DNA of 64,000 nucleotides. Origin: an uncultured Chloroflexia bacterium (GTDB lineage: Bacteria > Chloroflexota > Anaerolineae > CG2-30-64-16). The stretch's first letter is position 1, and each line of letters begins with the position of its first letter. The translations under genes and the position numbers were made by a program. A model generated the notes under the pieces. It was not told the origin of the DNA. It searched no databases and saw nothing but the letters and a program-made list of their open reading frames with translations. Shown in pieces: positions 22,892-33,364 of the stretch. The stretch lies in NCBI GenBank assembly GCA_963774265.1, contig CAVZDU010000001.1, positions 1,248,001-1,312,000 of the forward strand, in the 5' to 3' direction.

Positions 22892-24745
22892 ATGTCTCTC
22901 AAGAAGTGGTCCGTCGTGCTCGGCGTCCTGGTCGTGGTCAGCATGATCTTGACCGCCTGCCCCGCCCCTCAGGCGCAGGTTGTCGAGAAAGTCGTGACAC
23001 AGGTCGTCGAGAAAGAAGTCAAGGTCGTCGAGACCAAGGTCGTCGAGACGGTCAAGGAAGTTGTGAAGGAAGTTCAGGTCGTCGCGACCCCAGTACCAGT
23101 GGCCGCGGAGAAGAAGCTCCGCATCAACCTGGGCAGCTATCCCGACATCATCGATCCCCAGAAGAGCTCCTTCGTCAACGAGATCGCGCATCTGAAGTTG
23201 ATGTACGAGGGCCTGACCAAGCTGGACAAGGACCTGAAGACGGTCCCGGGCGCGGCCGAGAAGTGGGAATACAACGCGGATGCGACGGAGCTGACCTTCA
23301 CCTTGCAACCGGATCTGAAGTACAGCGACGGCAGCGTGCTGAACGCCGCCCGCTTCGCCTACTCGATCAAGCGCAACATCAACCCCGAGACCGCCGGTGA
23401 GTACGCCCAGATCACCGACGAGATCAAGGGCGCGCCGGAATGGCGCGGCTTCGCAGACGACGCGGCGAAGAGTGCGGAAGAGAACGCCAAGGCCAAGGCT
23501 GATGCCGAGGCCGTCGTGACTGCGAGCATCATGCCGCTACACGCCGACGGTGCGGCCTGCGCCGCCGACAAGACCGTACGAGGATGCCGCCTGCACCGTC
23601 CTCAAGCTGACGTTGTCCAAGCCGGCCCCGTACTTCCACACCGTCATGACCCTGTGGGTCACCTACCCGGCCAAGGAAGAGAACATCGCGGCCACCGAGC
23701 AGTGGTGGAACAGCTCGAAGTACCAGATCGGCAACGGCCCGTTCATCCTGAAGAGCCTCGAGCCCTACGTGAAGGCGCTGTCTTCGCGCCGAACCCGAAC
23801 TACTGGGCTGACAAGGCCAAGATGGACATCGAGTACTCCTACATCACCGACAGCAAGGTGGCGTTCGAGGCGTACAAGAACAATGAGTTCGACATCGTCG
23901 GTGCGGCTGCTGAGGACCTGGAAGTCATCAAGCAGGATGCAACGCTCAGCAAGGAGTTGATGATCTACCCGGGCTCCTGCACCTTCGCCATCATGTTCCA
24001 CCAGTTGAAGGAACCGTTCACCGATCCGAAGGTGCGCCAGGCGTTCGCTCAGGCGTACGACCGCGAGACGTGGGTGAAGGACGTGCTCAAGGGTCTCGGC
24101 TCGCCGACCCTCACCTGGATCCCGCCCGGGTTCCCTGGGTACGACGCCGACCGAGAAACGCTGGGGCTACGATCCGGAGGCGGCCAAGAAGGCGTTGGCC
24201 GAGTCCACGTACGGCAGCGTGGACAAGCTCCCGCCCATCAAGCTGACCTTCTCCGACACCCCGCGCAACCGCACCCGCAACGAGTGGCTGGCGCGAAGTG
24301 GAAGGAAGTCCTGGGCGTCGACATGAAGCTCGATCCGGTCGAGCCGACCACCTACACCGCCCTGACCAAGGACATCAAGACCGCGCCGCTGGCCTTCATC
24401 CTCGGCTGGTGCGCCGACTACCCCGATCCGCAGAACTGGCTGAGCGTCTACTGGAAGACGGGCGCCTTCGGCGAGCGCATCGGCTACTCCAACAAGGACT
24501 TCGACAAGCTGGTGGACCAGGCCGATGTCGAACTCGACCCGGCCAAGCGCATGGAGCTCTACGCGCAGGCCCAGAAGCTGCTGACCGACGGCGTCCCGGT
24601 GGCGTTCGCGTGGAACAACGTGAACAACTACCTGGTCAAGCCGTGGGTCAAGGGCATCGAGACCACGCCGCAGGACTCGGACTTCCCGGGCAGCACCGGC
24701 GGCGTGACCAGTATCGACATCGACACGACGCTGCTGCCGAAGTAA
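22892..24745 (+). CDS. oppA: Oligopeptide-binding lipoprotein with canonical domain order; internal frameshifts
   Basis: Lipobox ILTAC; IDPQK, YEGLT, YSDG, GNGPF, PFTDPKVRQAF, GWCADYPDPQNW. Confidence 0.87.
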   Translation: MSLKKWSVVLGVLVVVSMILTACPAPQAQVVEKVVTQVVEKEVKVVETKVVETVKEVVKEVQVVATPVPVAAEKKLRINLGSYPDIIDPQKSSFVNEIAHLKLMYEGLTKLDKDLKTVPGAAEKWEYNADATELTFTLQPDLKYSDGSVLNAARFAYSIKRNINPETAGEYAQITDEIKGAPEWRGFADDAAKSAEENAKAKADAEAVVTASIMPLHADGAACAADKTVRGCRLHRPQADVVQAGPVLPHRHDPVGHLPGQGREHRGHRAVVEQLEVPDRQRPVHPEEPRALREGAVFAPNPNYWADKAKMDIEYSYITDSKVAFEAYKNNEFDIVGAAAEDLEVIKQDATLSKELMIYPGSCTFAIMFHQLKEPFTDPKVRQAFAQAYDRETWVKDVLKGLGSPTLTWIPPGFPGYDADRETLGLRSGGGQEGVGRVHVRQRGQAPAHQADLLRHPAQPHPQRVAGAKWKEVLGVDMKLDPVEPTTYTALTKDIKTAPLAFILGWCADYPDPQNWLSVYWKTGAFGERIGYSNKDFDKLVDQADVELDPAKRMELYAQAQKLLTDGVPVAFAWNNVNNYLVKPWVKGIETTPQDSDFPGSTGGVTSIDIDTTLLPK

Positions 24746-24818
24746 CAAGACGTAAGTGAGAAGCCCGGTTTCTCGTTAGAAGACGGGTTTCTGTCCGGTA
24801 GTGAGTTTCAAGAAACGC

Positions 24819-24853
24819 TATGTGACCGGCGTCTCCGCGACGCCGGTCACATA
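24819..24853 (+). terminator. Hairpin between oppA and the permeases (terminator or mRNA stabiliser)
   Basis: tatgtgaccggcgtc-tccgc-gacgccggtcacata; an analogous hairpin follows the first binding-protein gene at ~16010-16046. Confidence 0.55.
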
Positions 24854-24884
24854 CATCGAAAGCTCTCTCTGCGGAGTGGCGTCT

Positions 24885-25884
24885 ATGATGACGTATCTCA
24901 TTCGCCGCATCTTCTGGCTGATTCCGGTGCTCTTTTTCGTGGCGCTGATCACCTTCACCCTGATGCACGCGGCGCCCGGCGGCCCGTGGGATCGCGACCT
25001 GAGACGCACGCCAGGTGGATAAGCGCACCCAGGAACTACTCAATCAGAAGTTCGGCCTGGACAAGCCGCTCTTCTTCAACACTCCAGGGCGGCAATCCAC
25101 TCGACAGCCAGTTCTTCAGCTATATTTGGGGTGTGGTGCGGGGCGACTTGGGCCCGTCCTATCGCCAACGCGGCCTGGATGTCCAGGATATCCTGTTCAA
25201 GGCGCCCGAAGACAAGCCGTTCTGGGACAGCAAGTTCGGCTACTCGGCTGCGCCTGGGCCTGCTGGCGGTGCTGTTTGCCATCGTGTTCGGCATCCCGCT
25301 CGGCGTGATCGCCGCGCTGAATCGCAACACGATCATCGACTATATTACGCTGTTCCTCTCCACCATCGGCATTTCGGTCCCGAATTTTGTGCTGGCGATT
25401 TTCCTGATCATCCTTTTTGGCAGCCGGCTGAAGCTGATCAAGATCGTCCAGCAAAACTGGAATAGCCCCGGCGCGTGGATCGTTCCCGCGGCAATCCTCG
25501 GCTTCGGCACCTTTGCCTATATCACACGACTGACCCGCTGCCACGCTGCTGGAGGTGATGCAGCAGGACTACATCCGCACGGCCCGCGCCAAGGGCCTGG
25601 CGGAGCGGGTCGTGATCATCCGGCACATGCTGCGCAACGCCCTGATCCCCGTGGTGACGATCCTCGGCCCCGCGCTGGCCGCCCTGGTGACCGGGTCTTT
25701 CATCATCGAGCAGATGTTCAGCTTCCCCGGCATGGGACGCGCATATGTGACGTCCATCAGCCAGCGGGATTACTCGATGATCATGGGCACGGTATTGATC
25801 TATGCCTTCCTGGTGGCGATCGCCAACCTGACCGTGGACCTGGTCTACGGGTTCCTCGATCCGCGCATCAAGGTGGGAGACTGA
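24885..25884 (+). CDS. oppB: Oligopeptide ABC permease; frameshifted
   Basis: MTYLIRRIF, APGGPWD, GDLGPSY, QDYIRTARAKGL, YGFLDPRIK. Confidence 0.85.
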
Positions 25885-25890
25885 GCAACC

Positions 25891-26880
25891 ATGACCGCAC
25901 AAGCCCCGACTGCTCAGGACATCATGCTGTCGCAAACCATCACCCGCCCACCGCGCTCGTCTTTGGCGCGATGCCTGGCATCGCCTGCTGCGGAATCGGG
26001 CCACCGTCATCGGTGCGATCGTGCTGCTGCTTTTCGTGATCGTCGCTATCTTCGCCCCGGTAATCGCGCCGGATAACCCACTGAAGATCACACGACGGCA
26101 AAGGATACTTGCCGCCGGCCTGGGTCAAAGTGGGGCCGACCGGCAAGGCAGGCGAGCCGCAGTTCCTGTTGGGCACCGACACCCTGGGTCGCGACGTGCT
26201 CAGCCGGACGATCTACGGCGCGCGCGTCTCGATGGTGGTGGGCATCATCCCGACCCTGATCATCCTGGTCGTCGGCGTCTCAATCGGCCTGTTAGCCGGG
26301 TATCGTGGGGGCCGGGCCGACAATCTGCTGATGCGCCTTGCCGACATCGTCTACGCCTTCCCCGACCTGTTGTTTTTCATCATCGTGATGGCTGCGCTGC
26401 GCGATACGCCGATCGGCCGTCTGCTGAACGGGCTGATCCTGCTGTTCGTTGCCTTGTCGTTGGTCAACTGGGTGGGTTTGGCCCGGCTGGTGCGCGGGCA
26501 GGTGCTGTCGCTGAAGGAGAAGGAGTTCGTCGAGGCGGGCCGCATGATCGGCGCGTCCAGCACGCACATCATGTTCAAGCACCTGTTGCCCAACACCCTT
26601 GGGCCGATCATCGTCTCGACCGCCTTTCGCATTCCGGGCTTGATCATCACCGAGGCGATCCTCGGTTACCTGGGCATCGGCCTGCGCCCATCCACCGACC
26701 CGAAGGCTATCTTCATCACCAGTTGGGGCGCTGCTGTTGGACGGTCAGACAGCGCTCAACGCGCAGCCTTGGCTGCTTCTGGCGCCCGCCATCTGCGTGG
26801 CTCTGGTGGTGCTGGCGTTCAACTACGTCGGCGACGGTCTGCGCGATGCGCTGGACCCGCGACTTGCCGGGACTGAGTAA
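25891..26880 (+). CDS. oppC: Oligopeptide ABC permease; frameshifted
   Basis: [46 protein letters not shown]. Confidence 0.85.
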
Positions 26881-26900
26881 GATCCAGCCTGATTGGGCCA

Positions 26901-26944
26901 TAATAGCAGAGGACCGAGCCGTGCGGCTCGGTCCTCTGCTATTA
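26901..26944. terminator. Bidirectional terminator with a perfect 20-bp stem
   Basis: TAATAGCAGAGGACCGAGCC-GTGC-GGCTCGGTCCTCTGCTATTA between convergent genes. Confidence 0.85.
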
Positions 26945-26970
26945 AAGGAGATTCTTCTGTGGCGGACTCT

Positions 26971-27972
26971 TCAGTCCGTTGCCTCCGACGTCTTCGTTAG
27001 CTCCGGCGTCTCTCGCGATTCTGATGTCTCTGTTGGCTCCGGCGTGTGAGAGTGCCGTCCGGTGGATGTTTGTGTTGCAGCCGGACTCGGCGGAGCGGGC
27101 GGAAGGTCCGTCGGGAGTGGGGGTGGAAGGCTTGTTGGCGGCGTGGGCGGAAGCTCTGTCGGCGGCGCGGCGGGTGTTTCCGTCGGCTCAGGTGATGGCG
27201 GCGGTTCAGTCACGACGACCGTCGCGCTCGCAGGCGGTCCCGAAGTTGGGTCATCGCTGTCCGGGGTGGACTGTGCCGGCACAGGGGTCTCGGCAGCGGC
27301 CTCGGCCGTGGATACGGTCGGCGTCCCCGTCGGGGAGGCTGTCGCACTCGGTGTGCTGGTGGCGGTTGGGGTGGGCGTCTTCGTCGGCTGCACCGTGCTG
27401 GTGGCGGTTCGCGTGATGGACCGGATGGATTCGGGTGTTTCGAGCGCCTCCGCCGTCTGCACCGGTCCCGGAATCAATTCACGCGCGGGCGTCATGGCCG
27501 GCGGCGTCATCTCCGTGGCTGTCGGGGTGGGCGTATAGATCGATTGTACGGTGGCGCTCGGTATTGGCGTTGCTTCGACCGTGGGAGTGGCGCGCGGTAT
27601 GTTCGTGTGGTCGCCCCGTCTGCCGGGCCAGGCCATGAAGGTTGTTGCTGCAAGCGCCACGAGCACCAGCGTTGCACCAAGCTGCCGCCAGAGCGGCGGA
27701 AGGACGAACGATCGCCCTGGCTCCTGCTGCGCCAACGTGGCGTGCATGCGCTCACGGCCGCGTACGCGTGCGGACATCGAGAGGACAGGCCAATCAGCCG
27801 TGCGCAGTTTGAAGGCGGTGTCCAACAAAGGCGCCAGCTCAGCCTCGAACTCAGGGTAGCGGGCGAGCACCTCGAGTGGGCTGAGACCCGCTTCAAGATC
27901 CTCCAGAGCCAGGGCTAATGCTTCGTCCAGGCTGCGGTCGCGATCCGAGGATCGCCGCTGCCAAGAGGTCAT
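26971..27972 (-). CDS. Putative anti-sigma factor: helical N-domain, one TM, Pro/Thr-rich external tail
   Basis: Overlaps the sigma gene stop by 4 nt; LARYPEFEAELAPLL; hydrophobic LGATLVLVALAATTFMAW; PT/PP-rich tail. Confidence 0.65.
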   Translation of the reverse strand: MTSWQRRSSDRDRSLDEALALALEDLEAGLSPLEVLARYPEFEAELAPLLDTAFKLRTADWPVLSMSARVRGRERMHATLAQQEPGRSFVLPPLWRQLGATLVLVALAATTFMAWPGRRGDHTNIPRATPTVEATPIPSATVQSIYTPTPTATEMTPPAMTPARELIPGPVQTAEALETPESIRSITRTATSTVQPTKTPTPTATSTPSATASPTGTPTVSTAEAAAETPVPAQSTPDSDDPTSGPPASATVVVTEPPPSPEPTETPAAPPTELPPTPPTSLPPPLPTDLPPAPPSPAATQTSTGRHSHTPEPTETSESRETPELTKTSEATD

Positions 27973-28547
27973 GGAAGAGCCTCCATGGACAAAATCCGCC
28001 GCAGGTTTGCGATGGCACGATGTTGCAGGGCCTTGACCGCGCCCGTCGTCTTACCCATGATCTCCGCTACCTCGAGCACACTGAATTCCTCGCCAAAACG
28101 ATAGAGCAAAACCGCCTGTTGTTCCTGCCCCAGCTGCGCCATCGCGCTCATCAGCTCACGGCCGCTTTCTGCTATGGTGGTCTGTATGAGGGGTTCCGGC
28201 CGCCTGTCTGCAAGATTCGGTTGATCGTCGATGTCCTGGTGATCGCGGTGCTTCTGCTTCCGGTATTGATCCGTCAGCAGGTTACCCGCCACGCGATACA
28301 CGAACGCCGAGAAAGAGGCCACCGGACGCGCCCCATTGACCTTGAACCGCGGCAGATTTTGCAGCAGCCGCACGAAGACGTCTGCTGTTAAATCCTCGGC
28401 CAGCTCTCGCTGGCCGATCCGCGCGTAAAGGTAGCGGAACACCCGATCTGCGTATAGGTTGTAGATCCGATCATAGGCCGCTGGCTCGCACCGCCGCGCT
28501 GCTTCGAGCAGGACGAGCATATCAGCGTCGCTGCAGACGTCTTGCAT
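27969..28547 (-). CDS. ECF (group 4) sigma factor
   Basis: Region 2 AEDLTADVFVRL...FSAFVYRVAGN; region 4 EVAEIMGKTTGAVKALQHRA. Confidence 0.93.
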   Translation of the reverse strand: MQDVCSDADMLVLLEAARRCEPAAYDRIYNLYADRVFRYLYARIGQRELAEDLTADVFVRLLQNLPRFKVNGARPVASFSAFVYRVAGNLLTDQYRKQKHRDHQDIDDQPNLADRRPEPLIQTTIAESGRELMSAMAQLGQEQQAVLLYRFGEEFSVLEVAEIMGKTTGAVKALQHRAIANLRRILSMEALP

Positions 28548-28591
28548 CGGTTCTCGCTATGCTCAAACGTTCTTTGTCAACAAAAGATACG

Positions 28592-29932
28592 TTATGAGCC
28601 ATGCAGCATGCCCTGCATGCCGTTGATGTATTGTTCGATCCCTGGCAACGCGATCAAGCGCTCGTGGAAGAAGGTGTTGACCACGTTGATCACGCGCTGA
28701 CGCGCAGCATCGGTCTCTGCGCTGATCGCTTCGCCGGTCTTCTCCCTCGCAATCATGTCGCGAAGGATGAGCAGTTGCTTGATGATTTCACTTTCCGCGG
28801 CGCCTTCGAGCACGCTGACCACGTCCAGAATCAGCCGGTCCGCCTGCGCTGACACCTGGTCCATCGATATGGGGGAATCCGGGTCACATGCTTCATCCAA
28901 GGCGCGCAGTAGTGACCAGACCTGGTACAAGAGCGTCGTCGGTTCGTCAAACAGTTCTCGAACGAACGCGGCCTCCGCATGACGACCGGTCAGGCGGAAG
29001 ATGTTGTACATTCGTTTCGCGGCCTTGCCGTAGTTCAGGTCTTTTGTGAGGTACTTTTTGACCTCGGTTTCCATCAAACCCACGTATTCATCCAGTGCAT
29101 CAGCCGACACGTGGCGCACTACCTTCGAGAAGATCGGAATGGACTCCGCATGCAGATAGACTTCCTGAAAATAGGGGTCCAGATAGCCATCCAGCGGGGT
29201 GATGCTGCCGTTTGGTGCTTCCCAGGTCGCATCGAGAACGTTCGAGGCTTTGGCCAGCGTGCCGCGCACCGGGTCCGCCACCAGCCAGTCAAGCTTCAGC
29301 CAGCCGGGATCGGCCGCAACTTCATCCCAGCGCAGCGCCACCTGGGTCCCATCGGTGCGGATGCCCCCTATCTGGCCGGCCTTCAATTCATGCACGTTCC
29401 ACGCAAGTGAATTGCCCGTCTTGTAATGCCAACCGCGCGCGATGACCTCGTAGGGCGCGCAGCCGAACCGCACTTCGACGAATTGGTAGGTCGGCCCCGT
29501 GATTGTGCTCAGGACCTTCTCGCGAATGACCCGGCCGAGAATATGGCACGCTTCTTCCTTCGTCGGCGCTTTGACGTTCACGCGCTCAAAGTAGTCACAA
29601 TCTCCCGGATAGGTCTGGATCTTGCCCTGGGCGGAGGAGCCGGACAAGGCGAAGGCCGTTTCGACTATTCCCGGCACACCCGCCAGCTCCACAATGCGAC
29701 CGATCTCGCGATAGTACGCCAACTGCTGCGGGCTGAAATCAAGCATCACGATTTTGTGGCCGAATACGCCTGCCGCGTCATCAACCTCCACGTCATCGTA
29801 GGCCTTCCAGGCCGCGATTTTCGCCATCCATTGGAGTGCGTCTGCCTCATCCATCTCGACGCCAAGCCGGTTCGCGGACTCTACGATGGCGCTGAGTTGA
29901 TCTGCAGGATTGACACGCGGGTCATAGCTCAT
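28592..29932 (-). CDS. Uncharacterised 446-aa protein with a Pol-beta-type nucleotidyltransferase signature
   Basis: LSGSSAQGKIQTYPGDCDYFE fits hGS-x(n)-DxD; possible third Asp in WLKLDWLV; helical C-terminus; GGAG RBS. Confidence 0.55.
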   Translation of the reverse strand: MSYDPRVNPADQLSAIVESANRLGVEMDEADALQWMAKIAAWKAYDDVEVDDAAGVFGHKIVMLDFSPQQLAYYREIGRIVELAGVPGIVETAFALSGSSAQGKIQTYPGDCDYFERVNVKAPTKEEACHILGRVIREKVLSTITGPTYQFVEVRFGCAPYEVIARGWHYKTGNSLAWNVHELKAGQIGGIRTDGTQVALRWDEVAADPGWLKLDWLVADPVRGTLAKASNVLDATWEAPNGSITPLDGYLDPYFQEVYLHAESIPIFSKVVRHVSADALDEYVGLMETEVKKYLTKDLNYGKAAKRMYNIFRLTGRHAEAAFVRELFDEPTTLLYQVWSLLRALDEACDPDSPISMDQVSAQADRLILDVVSVLEGAAESEIIKQLLILRDMIAREKTGEAISAETDAARQRVINVVNTFFHERLIALPGIEQYINGMQGMLHGS

Positions 29933-29986
29933 GTTGATTCTCCTGACTTATTCAGGCAATCGGCGGTCATCGCGCTGCCGCACGAC

Positions 29987-30123
29987 CGCCCGGACGTCAA
30001 CGTCCGGGCTACCTGGCAGCGCCCGCTGAAGCGGGCTTTTCGCAGCGCTCAGCCCGGAACGCCGTCGGTTGAGCCCCATTGATGGGGCGTTGCTTGGTAG
30101 CCTGCCTGTTTACGGGCGGGCGG
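29987..30123. mobile_element. Non-autonomous element (MITE/REPIN-like) matching both ends of the Y1 transposase element at 33365-34029
   Basis: 29987-30037 is identical over 51 bp to 33365-33415; 30072-30123 is similar to 33977-34029; 34-bp spacer. Confidence 0.85.
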
Positions 30124-30137
30124 CCGCAGGTCATCAC

Positions 30138-30698
30138 TCAAACACCATCAAGGGCCGGCTGCTCTTCAAGCAAGGCGCGCATCAAGTCAGCCTGATCGAT
30201 TGCGTCTGCCAGGGCGTTGTGGCTGAGCGATGGCACTCCCCCATAGCGGGCCACGACATGGCGCAGCGATGTTTTGGACCAAGCTGCGCCGGTTCGGCCC
30301 GCGTAGAAGGCCTTGATGTCGAGCGCGCTGTGGCCGAAAGGGTTATAGCCCAGGAAACGATGAAAGTAGTCGTTGACGAACATCCAGTCGAAGGGTGCAT
30401 TGAAACCCACCAGGATCGGGCGTGCTGGTGCAGGGGAGACCGACTCGATCCAGGTTGCGAAACTCAGCATGGCGTCCGCGGGCGAGAGGCCACGTTCGGA
30501 GAGCTGCTCCAGGCTCAAGCCGCTGACCGCCAGCGCGTCAGGAACGACGTCGAGACTGAGCGGTTGGAGCTCGACGTAGAAGGTTGTCGCGGGATTCAAA
30601 ACGAGGCACGCGCCGATGGAGAGCAGTGAGTAGCGGCCTGGGTACGGCCCCGCAGTCTCCACGTCAACAGAGACGAGGACGTCATTTACTATTCTCAT
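30138..30698 (-). CDS. DEDDh 3'-5' exonuclease (RNase AS/Cap18-like subfamily)
   Basis: SVDVETAGP, VGFNAPFDW, NPFGHSALDIK, HNALADA. Confidence 0.88.
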   Translation of the reverse strand: MRIVNDVLVSVDVETAGPYPGRYSLLSIGACLVLNPATTFYVELQPLSLDVVPDALAVSGLSLEQLSERGLSPADAMLSFATWIESVSPAPARPILVGFNAPFDWMFVNDYFHRFLGYNPFGHSALDIKAFYAGRTGAAWSKTSLRHVVARYGGVPSLSHNALADAIDQADLMRALLEEQPALDGV

Positions 30699-30852
30699 AC
30701 AGTAGTCACGTAGCTCAAGGCCACGTAGTATACCCGCGATGAGGAGATTCGCCAACCCGCCGGTTGCGCGTCTGCTGAGGGCGCGCTACAATGCTGGGCG
30801 TCGTTCACCGCTGAACCCCCGCGCTGCTGCGAGACCTTCCTCGGACAAACGT

Positions 30853-31953
30853 ATGTACAAACGAATCGTTGTCAAACTCGGCACCAGTGTGCTCACCGGC
30901 GGCACGCGACATCTGGACCGCGCGCAGATGGTCGAGATCGCCCGGCAATGCGCCGCTTTGCGCTGTCAGGGGTGCGAGGTGATCGTCGTCACCTCTGGCG
31001 CCATCGCAGCCGGACGTGAGCGGCTGGACCATCCGAAGTTGCCGCCCACGGTGGCGGCCAAACAGATGCTCGCGGCAGTGGGACAAAGCTGGCTGATGCA
31101 TGTCTGGGAGAGCATGTTCGACATTTACCGGCTCAATGTCGGCCAGATGCTCCTGACACGCGCCGATGTGGCCGATCGTGACCGATTCCTGAACGCGCGC
31201 GACATGCTCCACGCGCTGCTGGAAAACGGCATCATCCCGATCATCAACGAGAACGATGCCGTGGCAACGACCGAGATAAAGGTGGGCGACAACGATAACC
31301 TGTCGGCGCTCATCGCCCTGCTGGCCGAGGCCGATTTGCTGCTGCTCCTCACCGATCAACCGGGGCTCTTCACTGCGGACCCACGCAGCGATCCTGGCGC
31401 TCAGCTCATTCCTGAAGTGCACACGATCGATGAGACTTTGCTCCGCATAGCAGGTGGCAGCGTCAGCGGCCTAGGCGTGGGCGGCATGACCACCAAGCTG
31501 CAGGCGGCTGACGTGGCCCGACGCGCGGGCGCCGACGTGATCATTGCGGCGGGCCGTGCGGCGGGGGTGATCATCCGCGCGGCTGAGGGCGAGTCGGTCG
31601 GCACGCTCTTTCCGGCCCTTGAAGCGCCGCTGGAGAACCGCAAGCGGTGGATTTTTGGGGGAACCGTGCCGGGCGGGCGATTGGTGGTGGACTCGGGCGC
31701 AGCGCGCGCGTTGCGTGAGCGAGGCGGCAGCCTGCTGTCGGCAGGCATCGTTGCCGTGGAAGGCCATTTCGAGCGCGGTGACACGGTGCTCATCGTCGGT
31801 CCCAAGGGCAAGGAGTTAGCCCGAGGCACTGCCCGCTATGGAAGCGCTGACCTGGTCCAGATCAAAGGCCACCACTCAGACGAAATCGGCGAGTTGCTGG
31901 GTTACACCGCCGGACCCGCCGCGGTGCATCGGAATGACATGATCCTGCTCTGA
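30853..31953 (+). CDS. proB: Glutamate 5-kinase with PUA domain
   Basis: [44 protein letters not shown]. Confidence 0.97.
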   Translation: MYKRIVVKLGTSVLTGGTRHLDRAQMVEIARQCAALRCQGCEVIVVTSGAIAAGRERLDHPKLPPTVAAKQMLAAVGQSWLMHVWESMFDIYRLNVGQMLLTRADVADRDRFLNARDMLHALLENGIIPIINENDAVATTEIKVGDNDNLSALIALLAEADLLLLLTDQPGLFTADPRSDPGAQLIPEVHTIDETLLRIAGGSVSGLGVGGMTTKLQAADVARRAGADVIIAAGRAAGVIIRAAEGESVGTLFPALEAPLENRKRWIFGGTVPGGRLVVDSGAARALRERGGSLLSAGIVAVEGHFERGDTVLIVGPKGKELARGTARYGSADLVQIKGHHSDEIGELLGYTAGPAAVHRNDMILL

Positions 31954-31958
31954 TGCTA

Positions 31959-32009
31959 AAGGTGCCCGGCACTTGCGATCCTGCGGCTCGTTGAAGTGCC
32001 GGGCACCTT
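31959..32009. repeat. GTGCCCGGCAC-family REP doublet between proB and proA
   Basis: aaggtgcccggcactt...aagtgccgggcacctt; closely related copies at 41040-41089 and 42359-42407. Confidence 0.85.
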
Positions 32010-32027
32010 AAAAATGAGGAGAATGCC

Positions 32028-33293
32028 ATGATTGATCTGACGGAACTGGGCCTGGCCGCCCGCGCGGCCAGCCGCCAACTCGCGGTCCTGCCGACGGCAC
32101 GGAAAAACGCCGCGTTGCTCGCCATTGCCGATGCCCTTGAAGTACGAGCTGACGTGGTGCTGGCCGCGAATACACTCGACGTCGCGGCCGGCCAGGCCAA
32201 AGGGCTGAGCGAGGCGATGCTCGATCGGCTGCTGCTGAACGAGAAGCGGATCGCCGTGCTCGCCGCGGACACCCGTCGCGTGGCAACGCTATCGGACCCG
32301 GTTGGCGCCGAATTCGACGGACGCGTGCTGCCCAACGGGATGCGGCTGTGCAAGCGGCGCATCCCCATCGGCGTGATTGGCGTCATCTATGAGGCGCGGC
32401 CCAATGTCACCATAGACATCGCCACGCTGTGCCTTAAGACCGGCAACGCGGCCATCCTGCGCGGGGGCAGCGAAACGCTGCACAGCAACCTGGCCCTGAC
32501 CGCGGTCATCCAGGAAGCCCTGGCGAGAGCGGGCCTTCCTACGGCCGCGGTCCAGACCATCACCGACCCCGATCGCGCGCTGGTGACCGGGCTGCTGCGT
32601 CTGGACAAGTACGTGGATATGATCATTCCACACGGTGGCGCGGCCCTGCACCGCCTGTGTCGTGAGCAGGCCACGATCCCCGTGATCACGGGCGGGATGG
32701 GCATTTGTCACGTTTTCGTGGACGCAAGCGCGGACCTGGTGAGGGCAATCGACATCGTGGAGAACGCCAAGGTGCAGCGGCCCAGCGTTTGCAACGCACT
32801 GGATACCGTGCTGGTGCACCGGGCGGTCGCGGCGATGTTTCTGCCCGCGATGGCCGAGCGGCTGGCAGCCTGCGATGTCGAGTTGCGCGTCACGCCCGAC
32901 GCCCTGACCCTCCTGCAAGCCGCGGACACGACGGCCACACTCACGGCGGCTGGGCCAGACGATTTTGACACCGAGTGGCTGGCGCTGATCCTGGGGGTCA
33001 AGATTGTGGACTCGCTGGATGAGGCCATCAGCCACATCCAGGAGCACAGCACCGAGCACTCCGAGAGCATCCTGACCGATGATTGGCACAATGCGCAGCG
33101 ATTCGTGAACGAGATCAATTCCGCCGCAGTGTTCGTCAACGCCAGCACGCGGTTCAACGACGGCGGGCAGTTCGGCCTGGGCGCTGAGGTCGCAATCAGC
33201 ACACAGAAGCTTCACGCCCGCGGCCCGATGGGCCTGGAGGAGCTGACGACGTATAAGTGGATCGGGATTGGGGATGGTCACGTGCGGGAGTGA
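32028..33293 (+). CDS. proA: Gamma-glutamyl phosphate reductase
   Basis: [53 protein letters not shown]. Confidence 0.98.
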   Translation: MIDLTELGLAARAASRQLAVLPTARKNAALLAIADALEVRADVVLAANTLDVAAGQAKGLSEAMLDRLLLNEKRIAVLAADTRRVATLSDPVGAEFDGRVLPNGMRLCKRRIPIGVIGVIYEARPNVTIDIATLCLKTGNAAILRGGSETLHSNLALTAVIQEALARAGLPTAAVQTITDPDRALVTGLLRLDKYVDMIIPHGGAALHRLCREQATIPVITGGMGICHVFVDASADLVRAIDIVENAKVQRPSVCNALDTVLVHRAVAAMFLPAMAERLAACDVELRVTPDALTLLQAADTTATLTAAGPDDFDTEWLALILGVKIVDSLDEAISHIQEHSTEHSESILTDDWHNAQRFVNEINSAAVFVNASTRFNDGGQFGLGAEVAISTQKLHARGPMGLEELTTYKWIGIGDGHVRE

Positions 33294-33364
33294 ACTGCCG
33301 TCCGAACATCATGCATGTTAGGAATTGATTCGGGTAACCGGCAGGCATCGCGCTGGCGCATCAT

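Noticed and set aside
26979-27918. Plus-strand ORFs over the Pro/Thr-rich anti-sigma gene
   Set aside because: Antisense reflections of a low-complexity coding region; the minus-strand ORF is translationally coupled to the sigma gene.
28592-30698. Calling the NTase/exonuclease pair a bona fide CBASS system
   Set aside because: No effector (patatin, SAVED, TM, NucC) or Cap2/3/7/8 genes are nearby and CD-NTase membership is unverified; kept only as a hypothesis.
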